This document shows, piece after piece, positions 17,028 to 27,157 of a DNA stretch of 33,133 bases. The DNA is from Flavobacteriales bacterium (GTDB taxonomy: Bacteria; Bacteroidota; Bacteroidia; Flavobacteriales_D; CANHHI01), in contig CANHHI010000003.1 of assembly GCA_947460225.1 (NCBI GenBank), forward strand, positions 1 to 33,133, written 5' to 3'. The notes below the pieces were generated by a model. The model was given only the letters and a program-made list of their open reading frames with translations, searched no databases and had not been told where the DNA came from. Both the position numbers and the translations under genes were made by a program. How positions within the stretch are numbered: the stretch's first letter is position 1; each line of letters starts with the position of its first letter.

Positions 17028-19403
17028 TTATGCCCGTTTGACGGCTACGGTGCAGACTTTTTTGAAACTGTGTGTGCCTTTTTGGGGATTGCGCAAAAGC
17101 ACCTGAATAATGTACATGCCCGCAGAAACTTTATAGCCTTGCAGGTTTTTACCGTCCCAAATAAAAGTGCCTGAATTGCCTAGCAAAACATTTTCTGCCA
17201 ATTTTTGCACGAGTAAGCCTTTGCTGTCGTAAATCAAAATATCTGCCATGCTTTGACTGTCTTCTAGTTTGTAGTGTAAAAAGAGCAAATCTTTATAGCC
17301 ATCATCGTCTGGGGAAAAAAGTGGATTTTCCAATTCCCAAGAGCCAAAATTTAAGGCTTTTTCACTTTGGTGCTGGCTATTTTGCTCCGTTGGCGTGGCG
17401 TAATTTGCCTTTGCCGATGCAGAAGTCCAATTTTGTGTTTGTTCAGCAGGCAAGTCTAGGCGCACACGTTCCAAAGACACGCCTTTGCGATTTTTCAGCC
17501 AAGGGTGGTGCATTTTGTCTTCGTATTGCAAAATTTCCCATACGCCATTTTCTGGATTTTTTTCATCAAAATCAGCACCCAAAAGCGCAACTAAACCGCT
17601 GGTACTGCTGTAATAGCTAGACAAAGCAAAAGGAATCACCTGCCTTGGAATTGCTTGGGGATAAAATTGTAAAAATTTCTCTTTGTCTGGGGTTAAAACC
17701 AAATATTGATGGGGCAAAATGCTGTAATTGTTTTTAATTTCTGTGCCTTTTATGGCTCCGCTGTAGCGATAGCCAATTTTTAAGTTCTGCAAACTGCGCA
17801 CCTGCGGACTTTGGTTGTAAATTTCTAGCCATTTTGGGGCATCTCCCTGTGGGGCAAACATTATTTCCGTGAGCAAAATTTCCCCTTGTTTTGTATTTGC
17901 GCCTCTGGCGTAAGCAAAATTTTCCAATTGAAAGGTTTTGCCGTTGCTGGCAAAAATCGCTTCCGTATTGAAATAAAACAATGTACCGGTGTCCACGGCA
18001 TTGGCAAAAATAAAACTCAATTCATGGTGCGCCTCTTTGGCGTTTTGTCCCCAAGTGCTGATTTGGTCTTGGTATTGCAGGCTTATGCTTTTTGGGCAAA
18101 GCTTATGTCTGTTCACATTTCTATTGAATTGCAAAACCAACGTCTTGCTGTCTTTCCAAAACACATCATTTAGACGCAAGGCTTTTTCGTCTGGCGTATC
18201 CACAGACATGGGGTTTCTTGCGCCCGGACTAATGGCTTTGCTATTTTGGTAATTGTCGGTTTCAAAGCCTTTTACCGCAAAGTTGATTAAATTTTGGGAG
18301 CCATCGGCTGAGCCCGTCAAGCCATAAATGGCGTCAATTTCTTCGGATTTGTTGTTGCGCAAATACATGTAATTCGTGCTCGATGAGGTGATGCCTATTT
18401 TTTGCGGAATACTCACGATTTTGTCCAAAGGCACAAAAAAATCTTGGTGGAGTATTTGTGCATCTGCGCTTAAAACCAGTTCTGAGTTTGGGGGCAAAAA
18501 TGTATCTTCTTGTAGTATTATGCTTTTTTCCGAACCGCCCAAAGACGCCGCACGGGAAATTTGCAAGCCTTTTAAGTTGATGCTATCCCCACTGGCGTTG
18601 TAAATTTCTACGTATTCGGGCAAAAGTGCTGTGCTAGACGAAGCGGAAAATTCCGCAATGCGCAAAGCCCCAAATGGAATGGGCTTGGGCTCTGGTTTTG
18701 GGGGAATTATAGGGTCAATAGGCGGTTCAATGGGTGGCTCAACAATATTGCAAGGATTTTCGGTGTTGTTGTCCAGGCTTTGAAAGGCAAAATTGCTCAC
18801 GGAAAAAGTGTGTTTTGCTGTTGTGGCTATGTAAAACCCGATGTAAAATGCTGTTTCTTTTTCAAAAGGGTCTTTTCCGCAAGGCATTTCAGCGCATATT
18901 GGATTTGCCAGCGCATTGCCAAGGCTTTGTGTCAAACAAAATTTGTGATGATTTTTTTCAAAAGCAATGCTATAATCCGTATTGATGTTGTTTTTTTCGG
19001 TTTTAGCACTTGCTTTTTGCCCGTTTAACACCATATAACTCTCAGGTGCATTACTACCCGTTTGCGAGCCATCAGCAAAGTAAAGCAGATGCTTGTTTTT
19101 TTGATTTGTTGTAATACTGCTATTGGAGAAATTATTCAGTGTAGGCTTTTCTGTGCTGATAAAAAACAGTAAAATATTTTTACCTGCCCAAGCCCCATTG
19201 GTTTTTTGCCAAGCCCATTGGGCGAGTATTTTTTGTGCGTACGGGGCGTTTATTTTTTGAAAAATGACCACGCCTGTGGTGGAGCCTGCTGAAAATTGTT
19301 CATCGGCTAAAACAACTGCACTGGCGTCTCCTTCGGTTTGCCAAGTTTGCCCATAAGTCATGCTAATCCAGCAACAGAGTGCGCAAATAAATGTGTATCG
19401 CAT
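17028..19403 (-). CDS. Secreted lamin-tail-domain protein with gliding-motility/T9SS-type C-terminal domain
   Basis: Signal peptide; two LTD-like units (IAEF...EYVEIYN; LTEIMF...WLEIYN); GVSLER; FSPDDDGYKD...IYD..G..V..L...WDG......V.AGMYI; TATATTTG box at 19429-19422. Confidence 0.85.
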   Translation of the reverse strand: MRYTFICALCCWISMTYGQTWQTEGDASAVVLADEQFSAGSTTGVVIFQKINAPYAQKILAQWAWQKTNGAWAGKNILLFFISTEKPTLNNFSNSSITTNQKNKHLLYFADGSQTGSNAPESYMVLNGQKASAKTEKNNINTDYSIAFEKNHHKFCLTQSLGNALANPICAEMPCGKDPFEKETAFYIGFYIATTAKHTFSVSNFAFQSLDNNTENPCNIVEPPIEPPIDPIIPPKPEPKPIPFGALRIAEFSASSSTALLPEYVEIYNASGDSINLKGLQISRAASLGGSEKSIILQEDTFLPPNSELVLSADAQILHQDFFVPLDKIVSIPQKIGITSSSTNYMYLRNNKSEEIDAIYGLTGSADGSQNLINFAVKGFETDNYQNSKAISPGARNPMSVDTPDEKALRLNDVFWKDSKTLVLQFNRNVNRHKLCPKSISLQYQDQISTWGQNAKEAHHELSFIFANAVDTGTLFYFNTEAIFASNGKTFQLENFAYARGANTKQGEILLTEIMFAPQGDAPKWLEIYNQSPQVRSLQNLKIGYRYSGAIKGTEIKNNYSILPHQYLVLTPDKEKFLQFYPQAIPRQVIPFALSSYYSSTSGLVALLGADFDEKNPENGVWEILQYEDKMHHPWLKNRKGVSLERVRLDLPAEQTQNWTSASAKANYATPTEQNSQHQSEKALNFGSWELENPLFSPDDDGYKDLLFLHYKLEDSQSMADILIYDSKGLLVQKLAENVLLGNSGTFIWDGKNLQGYKVSAGMYIIQVLLRNPQKGTHSFKKVCTVAVKRA

Positions 19404-19494
19404 AAAAATAAAACTTGTCGGCAAATATAAAAAAATTATTTAATTTTGCTCTGGCTAACGAAAAAATATAGGCACATTTTGTTTTGCAAAAAGT

Positions 19495-19525
19495 TTTGGA
19501 GTTATCAAGAATAATAGTAAATTTG
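19495..19525 (+). promoter_or_regulatory. Promoter for efflux operon
   Basis: TTTG (19495-19498), N19, TAAATTTG (19518-19525). Confidence 0.75.
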
Positions 19526-19540
19526 CCCTCCATTTTAGAT

Positions 19541-20878
19541 ATGAAAAGAAATTTGTTTTTATTGCTATTTGCAATGAGTACCTTTCTGCATGCGCAGGAT
19601 ACTTTAAGGCTAGATTTAGCAACCGCAAAGCAAAAAGCACTCGCCCATAACCTGGCTTTGAGACAAACTGCCTTATCCAGACTTGCCGCACACAAAGAAG
19701 TATATGAAGCCTTAACGCAAGGTTTGTTTAATGTGCAAGCCAAGGCTGGTTTTACCGATAACATTACTTTGCCTGAACAAATTTTGCCAGGAGAAATACT
19801 TAATAAACCCGGTGAGTTTATTCCTGTCAAGTTTGGTACAAAATATGGCTTTAATACCAATGTTTCGGCTAATTTACTGCTATTTGATGCCAATTATGTT
19901 GTTGCGGTGCAGGCAGCAAAGGCTTACGAAGCCCTTTTAAAAGGACAAGAAAAAAATGCAAAACACCAGGCTTTAAATGCTGTTTCCATGGCGTATTATG
20001 CCACGCTCGCTGCAAGAGAGAGCATTGTTGTTTTGGCAAGTAATTTGAGCAATGCGGAAAAAATGTTGGAAGACCTGAAAAAAGTACTCGCCAGTGGCTT
20101 GATAGAAGAGACGGACGTGGACCAAATGCTTTTGAATGTTACCCGCATACGCAATAGTTTGTATGTAGCCAATATTCAAAGAGAATTAGGTGATAAAATG
20201 TTAAACTTTCAAATGGGAGAGCCTTTGCATACACCCTTGGTTTTTCAAGATAGTTTAGCATTGATGTGGGATTTAGCCGTGCAAGATGCGCCATCTTGGT
20301 ATGAAATGCCTTTTTCAGTGGAGGAACATGGCTTGTATCAATCAGCTTTTGAACAAGTGCGCTTGCAGAAAAAAAATCGTTTGAGATACCAAACTGCTTT
20401 TTTGCCTAATTTATCGGCTTTTGGTGCTTATACTTATGCCAAAAACACGCAAAATTTTGACTTTGGACAAAGACAAGGTTGGTTTTCAGCAACTGCATGG
20501 GGTTTGAATTTGAGTTTGCCTATTTTTTCTAGTGGCAATAAAATCATATCCATACAAAAAGCCAAAATAAACCTGGATAAATCTAAATTGCAGCTGGAAG
20601 AAACAAGCGAACAACTTGATTTGCAAATGCAACAAGCATTAACGGATTATTCTTCTGCTTATGCGTCTTATACCAATGCTTTGCAAAATGTAGAACTTTC
20701 CACTAAGATTTTGCGCAAAACAGAGCTTAAATTTAATGCAGGTACTGCCAACAGTTTGGATTATACACAGGCTTTGCAACAAGCCTTGTCGGCACAAAGC
20801 GATAAAATCCAGAGCCTTTTGGCTTTGCTCAATGCGAAAACTAAAATAGAAAACTTAAAACAAAATATAAATAACTAA
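19541..20878 (+). CDS. TolC family outer membrane efflux protein
   Basis: Signal peptide MKRNLFLLLF..AQ; two OEP repeats, FLPNLS, GLNLSLPIF; first gene of MFP-RND operon. Confidence 0.92.
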   Translation: MKRNLFLLLFAMSTFLHAQDTLRLDLATAKQKALAHNLALRQTALSRLAAHKEVYEALTQGLFNVQAKAGFTDNITLPEQILPGEILNKPGEFIPVKFGTKYGFNTNVSANLLLFDANYVVAVQAAKAYEALLKGQEKNAKHQALNAVSMAYYATLAARESIVVLASNLSNAEKMLEDLKKVLASGLIEETDVDQMLLNVTRIRNSLYVANIQRELGDKMLNFQMGEPLHTPLVFQDSLALMWDLAVQDAPSWYEMPFSVEEHGLYQSAFEQVRLQKKNRLRYQTAFLPNLSAFGAYTYAKNTQNFDFGQRQGWFSATAWGLNLSLPIFSSGNKIISIQKAKINLDKSKLQLEETSEQLDLQMQQALTDYSSAYASYTNALQNVELSTKILRKTELKFNAGTANSLDYTQALQQALSAQSDKIQSLLALLNAKTKIENLKQNINN

Positions 20879-20881
20879 AAC

Positions 20882-22000
20882 ATGGCTAAATTTTTAAATC
20901 CTTTCTTATTGTTGCTTTTGCTGGCATCTTGCACGGGAAAAAATCAAACAGAACAACAGGATAAAACGGCTTTGATTGCCGAGCAAAAACGCTTGCGCAC
21001 AGCTTTGCAAGAAATAGAAGAAAAACTGACGGCTTTGGACACCAACACCAATAACCGTGCTTTGGTTTATACACAAAAAGTGGAGCGTGGTACTTTTCAG
21101 CATTTTGTAGATGCCCAAGGCAGTTTGGAAAGCAAACAGACTTTGCAAATTTTTGCCGAAGTGCCGGGTAAAGTGATGCGCATAGAAGTGAAAGAAGGGC
21201 AGGCGGTTTCGCAAGGAACGGTGCTGATGCGCATGGAAACAGACATCATAGACCAACAAATCAAAGAACTGAAAAGTGCTTTTGAATTTGCCAGTTTCAC
21301 GTATGAAAAACAAAAATCGCTACACGATCAAGGCGTTGCATCGCTTTTGGAATATAAAACGGCTAAAAATAACTTTGAAAGTGTACAGCAAAAATTGAAA
21401 GCCATGCAAAATCAAAGGGAAAAATCTATTGTTACTGCGCCAATTTCTGGCTATGTGGATAAAATTTATGCCCGTGCAGGTGAAATCAATGCAGGACAAA
21501 TGCCAGCTTTTCGTTTGGTGAACACCGATAATATTTATGCTGAATTTGAAATGAGCGAGTCTTATGTGGGGCGCATAGAAAAAGGTGCTTTGGCTGAGGT
21601 TTCTGTGCCAACCTTGCAAGCCAAGTTTGAAAACTTACAAGTAACGCACGCAGGGCAATACATACACCCCAACAACAGAACGTTTACCGTGCAAATCGCG
21701 CTGAAAAAAGACAAACGCTTGGTGCCCAATTTGATTGTGAAAGCCAAAATCAAAGATTTTGAAGAAAAAAATACCCTGGTGATTCCTTCTTTTTGCGTGC
21801 AACAAGACAACAAAGGCAATGCTTATGTGTATGTTGTGGCAGAAGGGCAAAAAGCCGAAAAAAGAGCGGTGCAATTGGGTATGCAATACGAGCAAAATCA
21901 ACAAATATTAGAAGGGCTTACAGCAGGAGAGCTTTTGGTGGTAAAAGGATTTAAAAATATCCGACAAGGACAGGCTTTGCAAGTAAAAATGGATAACTAA
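20882..22000 (+). CDS. RND efflux periplasmic adaptor (MFP), lipoprotein
   Basis: Lipobox LASC; lipoyl halves G.V..I.VKEGQ.V..G and APISGYVD; GLTAGELLV. Confidence 0.93.
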   Translation: MAKFLNPFLLLLLLASCTGKNQTEQQDKTALIAEQKRLRTALQEIEEKLTALDTNTNNRALVYTQKVERGTFQHFVDAQGSLESKQTLQIFAEVPGKVMRIEVKEGQAVSQGTVLMRMETDIIDQQIKELKSAFEFASFTYEKQKSLHDQGVASLLEYKTAKNNFESVQQKLKAMQNQREKSIVTAPISGYVDKIYARAGEINAGQMPAFRLVNTDNIYAEFEMSESYVGRIEKGALAEVSVPTLQAKFENLQVTHAGQYIHPNNRTFTVQIALKKDKRLVPNLIVKAKIKDFEEKNTLVIPSFCVQQDNKGNAYVYVVAEGQKAEKRAVQLGMQYEQNQQILEGLTAGELLVVKGFKNIRQGQALQVKMDN

Positions 22001-22002
22001 TC

Positions 22003-25000
22003 ATGCAAAAAGAAACCAAATATAAAGAATTTGCCCTATCTTCTTGGGCAGTGGACAACAACAAAACGGTTTACCTCATTACTTTTTTGGTGTTTTTGTG
22101 GGGCTTGATAGCTTATACGTCTATGCCCAAAGAAGCGTTTCCGGAAATTGTTATTCCAGAAATTTATGTGAGTACGCCTTACCCTGGCTATTCCCCAGAT
22201 ATGGTGGAAGATAAAATCACAAGGGCTTTTGAAAAGGAAATTTATACCGTAAAAGGCGTAAAAAAAGTATCTTCCCAGTCGGTGCAAGGCTTTTCGTCTA
22301 TTAAAGTGGAATTTGACTATAAAGTGCCTATTTCCGAGGGTTTGCGCAAGGTTAAAGATGCGGTGGACAAGGCTCGGGCTAAAAAGGAATTTCCAAGGGA
22401 TTTGCCCATGGAGCCTATGATTTTTGAGGCGGATATGTCGCAGATGCCGATTGTGAATATTAACTTATCGGGGGATTATAGCGCAGAACAGCTCAATGAT
22501 TATGCAGAACTTTTGAAAGACCGCATAGAAGAACTCGCTGAAATCAACAAAGTAGATATAAGAGGCGTTCAGAAAAAAGAATTACTTATAGAAATAGACC
22601 CTGCACAAGCCACAGCACGTGATGTAAGTTTTACGGACATAGAAAATGCGGTGCGCTCGGAAAATGTTAATATTTCTAGCGGTGAACTTTTAGACCAAGG
22701 TATTCGCAGAGCTATTAACATTAACGCAGAGTTAAAAGACGCCAAAGATTTTGAAAATATTGTTGTCAAGCAACACCAGGGGCAACCCATTTATTTGCGA
22801 GATGTAGCCCGTGTGAAATTCACCTTTGCCGATGTGTCTTCATTTGCAAGGGAATTTAAAAAACCTGTGGTGATGCTGGACGTGAAAAAACGTTCTGGCG
22901 AAAATCTTTTGGAGGCTTCTGATAAAATCAGAACGCTTTTGCGCCATATTTGGTCAAGCGGAGAATTGCCAGCAGATTTAAGTTATACCCTCACCAACGA
23001 CCTTTCCAGAAACACGAGAGGGCAGGTGAGCAATTTGGAAAATTCCATTATTTTGGGTGTGCTTTTGGTGGTTGGTGTGCTTTTGTTCTTTATGGGCTTG
23101 GGCAACGCGCTTTTTGTGGGTGTAGCCATACCACTTTCTATGCTGATGTCTTTTATGATTTTGCGCAGTTTGGGCATTACCCTCAACGTGATGGTTTTGT
23201 TTTCTTTGGTTTTGGCATTGGGCATGCTGGTGGACAACGGCATTGTGGTGGTGGAAAACGTTTATCGCTGGCTAGATGAAGGCATGGACAGAATTTCTGC
23301 CACAAAACGTGCCGTAGGTGAAGTCGCTTATCCGATTATTGCCTCCACAGCCACCACTTTGGCGGCGTTTATTCCCTTGGCATTATGGCCAGGCATTATG
23401 GGGGAATTTATGAAATACTTGCCCATTACTTTGATTATTGTGCTAAGTTCTTCGCTTTTTGTGGCATTGGTTATCAATCCAGCTTTGGCGGCTTATTTTA
23501 TGAAGCCATCGAGTGCGCAACAAGCAGAAAAAACAAAACCCAGCAAAAAATTGTGGATACTGGTGGTTTTGGGCTTGGTATTTATTTTGATAGGCTGGCG
23601 CACGGTGGGCAATCTAATGGTGCTTTTTGCGCTGTTTAGCTATCTCAACAAGGTTTTTTTAATTCCTAAATCTTACGCTTTCCAAAATAAATTTTTGCCA
23701 AAATTGGAAAATGCGTATCAAAAAACTTTGCGGTTTGCTTTAAAAAATAAAAATCCAAGGCGTTTTACTTTGGGCACTTTTGCCTTGCTTTTTGTGTCCT
23801 TTGTGCTTTTGGGCGTTTTCACCCCTAAGGTTGAATTTTTCCCAGTCAATGAACCAACCTATATCAATGTTTTGATAGAAATGCCGATGGGTACAGATAT
23901 TGAACAAATGAACAATATCACCCGTCAGGTGGAAAATATTACCGAGCAAGTGCTTGGCAAATACAAAGATGTATATGGCATAAACGCAAAAACCCAAGAC
24001 ACCTTGCGCTTTGTGGAGTCTATGATTGCGCAAGTTGGGCAAGGAGCTTCCGATCCCAATGACGGCGTTGCCCTCAACGATACGCCCAATAAGGCACGTT
24101 TAACGGTTTCTTTTTCAGAGTTTGAATACAGAAATGGCGTGTCCACAGGCGAGGTGATGAAAGAACTGCGCCATGCCTTGGTGGGTGTTTTTCCTGCGGA
24201 TATAAAAATTGCTGTGGATAAAAACCGCTCTGGACCACCGCAAGAACCGCCTATCAACATAGAGGTGCGTGGGCATGCGGGTAGCCGTTATGAAGATATT
24301 TTAGATGCAGCCGATGATTTATTGGGCTATATTGGGCAAAAAAACATTGCGGGTATAGAAAATTTAAAAATGGATATAGAAATCAGCCGTCCTGAAATGC
24401 CTTTGCATATAGATAGGGAAAAAGCTCGGTTTTTGGGTTTATCCACCCAGCAGATTGCGTATCACGTGCGTACGGCTTTGTTTGGTAGTCAATTTTCAAC
24501 CTATAAACAAGGCAAAGAGGTGTATGATGTGAATTTGCGCTATCAAGACGAAGATAGATACAATTTAAATTTACTCTTAGACCAAAAAATTGTGTTTAGA
24601 GACCAAATTACGGGTAAATTGCTGAGTATTCCTTTGAGTGCCGTTTTGGAAGCCCCTAAAAAGACTTCCAGTTTTTCGGCGGTGAATAGATTAAATCAAC
24701 AGCGTTTGGTGCGTTTGAAATCGCAAGTTAGCGAGGGTTATAACGCCAATGAGGTTGTGCAAAACATCAAACAAACCTTGTCGGGTTATACCATGCCCGA
24801 TGGATTTATGTATAAATTCACGGGGCAACAAGAAGAGCAAGCCAAGGAGATGAAATTTTTGAGCACTGCGCTTTTGATAGCGGTATTTTTGGTGTTTTTA
24901 ATTATCGTGATGCAATTTAATTCTATTTCCACGCCTTTGATTATTATGTCGGCGGTGGTTTTGAGTTTGATTGGGGTTTTGCTTGGACTGGTGATTTTCC

Positions 25001-25461
25001 AGCGTCCCTTTATCATCATTATGACCATGATTGGGATTATCTCGCTGGCAGGTGTGGTGGTAAACAACGCCATTGTGCTTATTGACTATACGCAGGTTTT
25101 GGTGAATAAACGCAAGGACGAACTTGGGCTGTCATCTGACGAATATTTGGAGGAATCTGATATGAAAGCCTGCATTGTCAAAGGAGGCACAACACGTTTG
25201 CGCCCAGTACTGCTCACGGCAATTACCACCATTTTGGGATTGATACCTATGGCAGTGGGCATTAACATTAACTTTTTGACTTGGCTTTCGGATTACGATG
25301 CCAATATTTATTTGGGCGGAGAAAACGCATTGTTTTTTGGTGCCATGAGTGAGGCGATTATCTACGGTTTGGTGTTTGCCACCTTCTTGACTTTGGTGAT
25401 TGTCCCGGTGATGTATTTGCTTTTGTATAAATTAAAAAGGCGTTTAGCTAAAAATGGATAG
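22003..25461 (+). CDS. RND efflux transporter permease (AcrB/AcrD/AcrF family)
   Basis: TM4 LGMLVDNGIVVVEN, GVVVNNAIVLID, RLRPVLLTAITTILGLIP. Confidence 0.96.
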   Translation: MQKETKYKEFALSSWAVDNNKTVYLITFLVFLWGLIAYTSMPKEAFPEIVIPEIYVSTPYPGYSPDMVEDKITRAFEKEIYTVKGVKKVSSQSVQGFSSIKVEFDYKVPISEGLRKVKDAVDKARAKKEFPRDLPMEPMIFEADMSQMPIVNINLSGDYSAEQLNDYAELLKDRIEELAEINKVDIRGVQKKELLIEIDPAQATARDVSFTDIENAVRSENVNISSGELLDQGIRRAININAELKDAKDFENIVVKQHQGQPIYLRDVARVKFTFADVSSFAREFKKPVVMLDVKKRSGENLLEASDKIRTLLRHIWSSGELPADLSYTLTNDLSRNTRGQVSNLENSIILGVLLVVGVLLFFMGLGNALFVGVAIPLSMLMSFMILRSLGITLNVMVLFSLVLALGMLVDNGIVVVENVYRWLDEGMDRISATKRAVGEVAYPIIASTATTLAAFIPLALWPGIMGEFMKYLPITLIIVLSSSLFVALVINPALAAYFMKPSSAQQAEKTKPSKKLWILVVLGLVFILIGWRTVGNLMVLFALFSYLNKVFLIPKSYAFQNKFLPKLENAYQKTLRFALKNKNPRRFTLGTFALLFVSFVLLGVFTPKVEFFPVNEPTYINVLIEMPMGTDIEQMNNITRQVENITEQVLGKYKDVYGINAKTQDTLRFVESMIAQVGQGASDPNDGVALNDTPNKARLTVSFSEFEYRNGVSTGEVMKELRHALVGVFPADIKIAVDKNRSGPPQEPPINIEVRGHAGSRYEDILDAADDLLGYIGQKNIAGIENLKMDIEISRPEMPLHIDREKARFLGLSTQQIAYHVRTALFGSQFSTYKQGKEVYDVNLRYQDEDRYNLNLLLDQKIVFRDQITGKLLSIPLSAVLEAPKKTSSFSAVNRLNQQRLVRLKSQVSEGYNANEVVQNIKQTLSGYTMPDGFMYKFTGQQEEQAKEMKFLSTALLIAVFLVFLIIVMQFNSISTPLIIMSAVVLSLIGVLLGLVIFQRPFIIIMTMIGIISLAGVVVNNAIVLIDYTQVLVNKRKDELGLSSDEYLEESDMKACIVKGGTTRLRPVLLTAITTILGLIPMAVGININFLTWLSDYDANIYLGGENALFFGAMSEAIIYGLVFATFLTLVIVPVMYLLLYKLKRRLAKNG

Positions 25462-25466
25462 GAAAC

Positions 25467-25497
25467 AAAAAAATCGGGCAATTGCCCGATTTTTTTT
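25467..25497. terminator. Bidirectional terminator
   Basis: Perfect palindrome AAAAAAATCGGGCAA|TTGCCCGATTTTTTT between convergent genes. Confidence 0.85.
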
Positions 25498-25516
25498 ATG
25501 TTTTATTTAGTTTTAT

Positions 25517-26680
25517 TTATTCTAGTTCAAATATTGCTTGAATTTCCACAGGAACACCCAAAGGCAAAGAACTTGTGCCCAAACTTGCTCGGGCATGTTT
25601 GCCTTTATCTCCTAAAATAGCAACCAATAAATTCGAGGCTTCATTGAGTAGTTTGGCGTGGTTTTGGTAATCTTCCGTTGTGTTGAAAAAGCCCGTGAGT
25701 TGCACGGTTTGTTTGACTTTACGCCAATCATTGTCTGTGGCTTTGTAGAGCACTGCCAAAACATTTAACAGCGTTGTTCTTGTGTTTTGCATGGCGTCCG
25801 CTTCGGAAATATCTCTGCCAATTTTGCCCACAAACTCAGGTTTTCCCTCCTTTAAGCCAATTTGATTGATATACACCAATTTGCCCACAATGGTGTAAGG
25901 GCGATAATTCCCCACAGGCTCAGGAACTTGGGGTAAAGTGATATTCATTTTTTCCAAACGTGCTTCAATCTCTTGATTTTTGCTGGGTTTTTCGCTTGTA
26001 TCATTTATCTTTGGATTGATGCCTTGCAGGGCTTTGGCAATTTCTGCCAAACGTGCACCTTGTAAGCGAGCTAAATACAATTCAGAAGCAGAAGGTCTTT
26101 CTCCACCTGCACCTGCTAAACTGCTTGTGCCATAAGGACTATTGCCTTGTGGAACGGATTTATCCACCTGTGCCATACCTGCCATGCCCGTTGGTATAAT
26201 CAACATGCCGTGCGATGCCAAAGCATGCCAAACGGATAACATGGCTGTTTCCTTGCCTGCGCCACTGCCTGCGGACATAAAAACGGTGCTTGGTTTTCCC
26301 GCCAATTTTTGTTCCGACCACAGTGGAATGGTTTGGCTGAGAAAGGCTGAAAATGCCGTGCTCATACCACCAAAATACACGGGACTTCCCCATGCTATCC
26401 CCTGGTACATGGGTAATTCTTCTACCTGCACAACAGGCAAATTATCCCAAGCCTGTTTTTTATTGGTTTGGTCAGGAATTCGTTTTAGGATAGCTTTGCA
26501 ATCGGCTATGCTTTCTACGCCTTCAGCTATGGCTTTTGCCATTTGGAAAGTGCCTCCGTTTTCAGAATGAAAGACCACCAAAATTTTTGTGCTGTCTTTT
26601 ATCATAGGCTTTGTTTTTTGCGGTGCGCCGTTTGCAATGCCATAAGACAACAAACCGATACCGATAATCAATTTCTTCAT
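25517..26680 (-). CDS. Fusion: signal peptide + WrbA-type NAD(P)H:quinone oxidoreductase + RidA/YjgF (Atu1372-like) domain
   Basis: FHSENGGTFQMAKAIAEG, GSPVYFGGM, SPYGTSS (flavodoxin); LPQVPEPVGNY, NEASNLL..ILGDKGKHARAS.G..SLP....VEI (Rid). Confidence 0.88.
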   Translation of the reverse strand: MKKLIIGIGLLSYGIANGAPQKTKPMIKDSTKILVVFHSENGGTFQMAKAIAEGVESIADCKAILKRIPDQTNKKQAWDNLPVVQVEELPMYQGIAWGSPVYFGGMSTAFSAFLSQTIPLWSEQKLAGKPSTVFMSAGSGAGKETAMLSVWHALASHGMLIIPTGMAGMAQVDKSVPQGNSPYGTSSLAGAGGERPSASELYLARLQGARLAEIAKALQGINPKINDTSEKPSKNQEIEARLEKMNITLPQVPEPVGNYRPYTIVGKLVYINQIGLKEGKPEFVGKIGRDISEADAMQNTRTTLLNVLAVLYKATDNDWRKVKQTVQLTGFFNTTEDYQNHAKLLNEASNLLVAILGDKGKHARASLGTSSLPLGVPVEIQAIFELE

Positions 26681-26707
26681 GTTTTTATCTATAATAATTC
26701 TACGCTG

Positions 26708-27061
26708 TTAGCACCTTTCGGCAACCTTTGGATTTTTCAACAAATAATTTATGCCCCATTTTTCCATGCTTTCCAATACCGGGCATAGTTCTTTGCCAAA
26801 GTCTGTTAAAAAATATTCCACTTTTGGCGGTATCACGCTATGTACCTGCTTGTATATTAACCCGTCTGCGAGCAATTCTTGTATTTGCTTGCTTAAAACA
26901 CGCCGACTAATGTTTTTAATATTTCGTTCTATATCACTGGGTCTATGTACGCCTTTGGCAATAAAATGCAAAATATTCAATTTCCATTTTCCGCCAATAA
27001 TCACCAAAGTGATTGCCATGGGGCATAAATTTTTTTCTGTTTCTTTTGGTGTTTCTATCAT
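26708..27061 (-). CDS. HxlR family (MarR/DUF24) transcriptional regulator
   Basis: CPM...L.IIGGKWK..IL, ISRRVLSKQIQEL..DGLI, PPKVEYFLT..G. Confidence 0.95.
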   Translation of the reverse strand: MIETPKETEKNLCPMAITLVIIGGKWKLNILHFIAKGVHRPSDIERNIKNISRRVLSKQIQELLADGLIYKQVHSVIPPKVEYFLTDFGKELCPVLESMEKWGINYLLKNPKVAERC

Positions 27062-27085
27062 GCTAAAAATTCATTTGTGCTTAAT

Positions 27086-27157
27086 TTATCCCTTAGGGCA
27101 TAAAAAATCCCTACTTGCTTGTCGCTTTGTTTTCATTTAACTTTGTATGCAAATATA
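27086..27157. promoter_or_regulatory. Overlapping divergent promoters and candidate HxlR operator
   Basis: Imperfect palindrome TTATCCCT-T-AGGG(C)ATAA 27086-27103; plus-strand TTG-N20-TAACTTTG (27115-27145); minus-strand TATATTTG (27157-27150). Confidence 0.6.

Noticed and set aside
19484-19540. Upstream start extensions in the ORF track (tolC 19484; also ndk 1744, tatA 6517, merR 10714, 12313, 19424)
   Set aside because: They overlap promoter boxes, terminators or the neighbouring gene; downstream ATGs give proper N-termini or signal peptides
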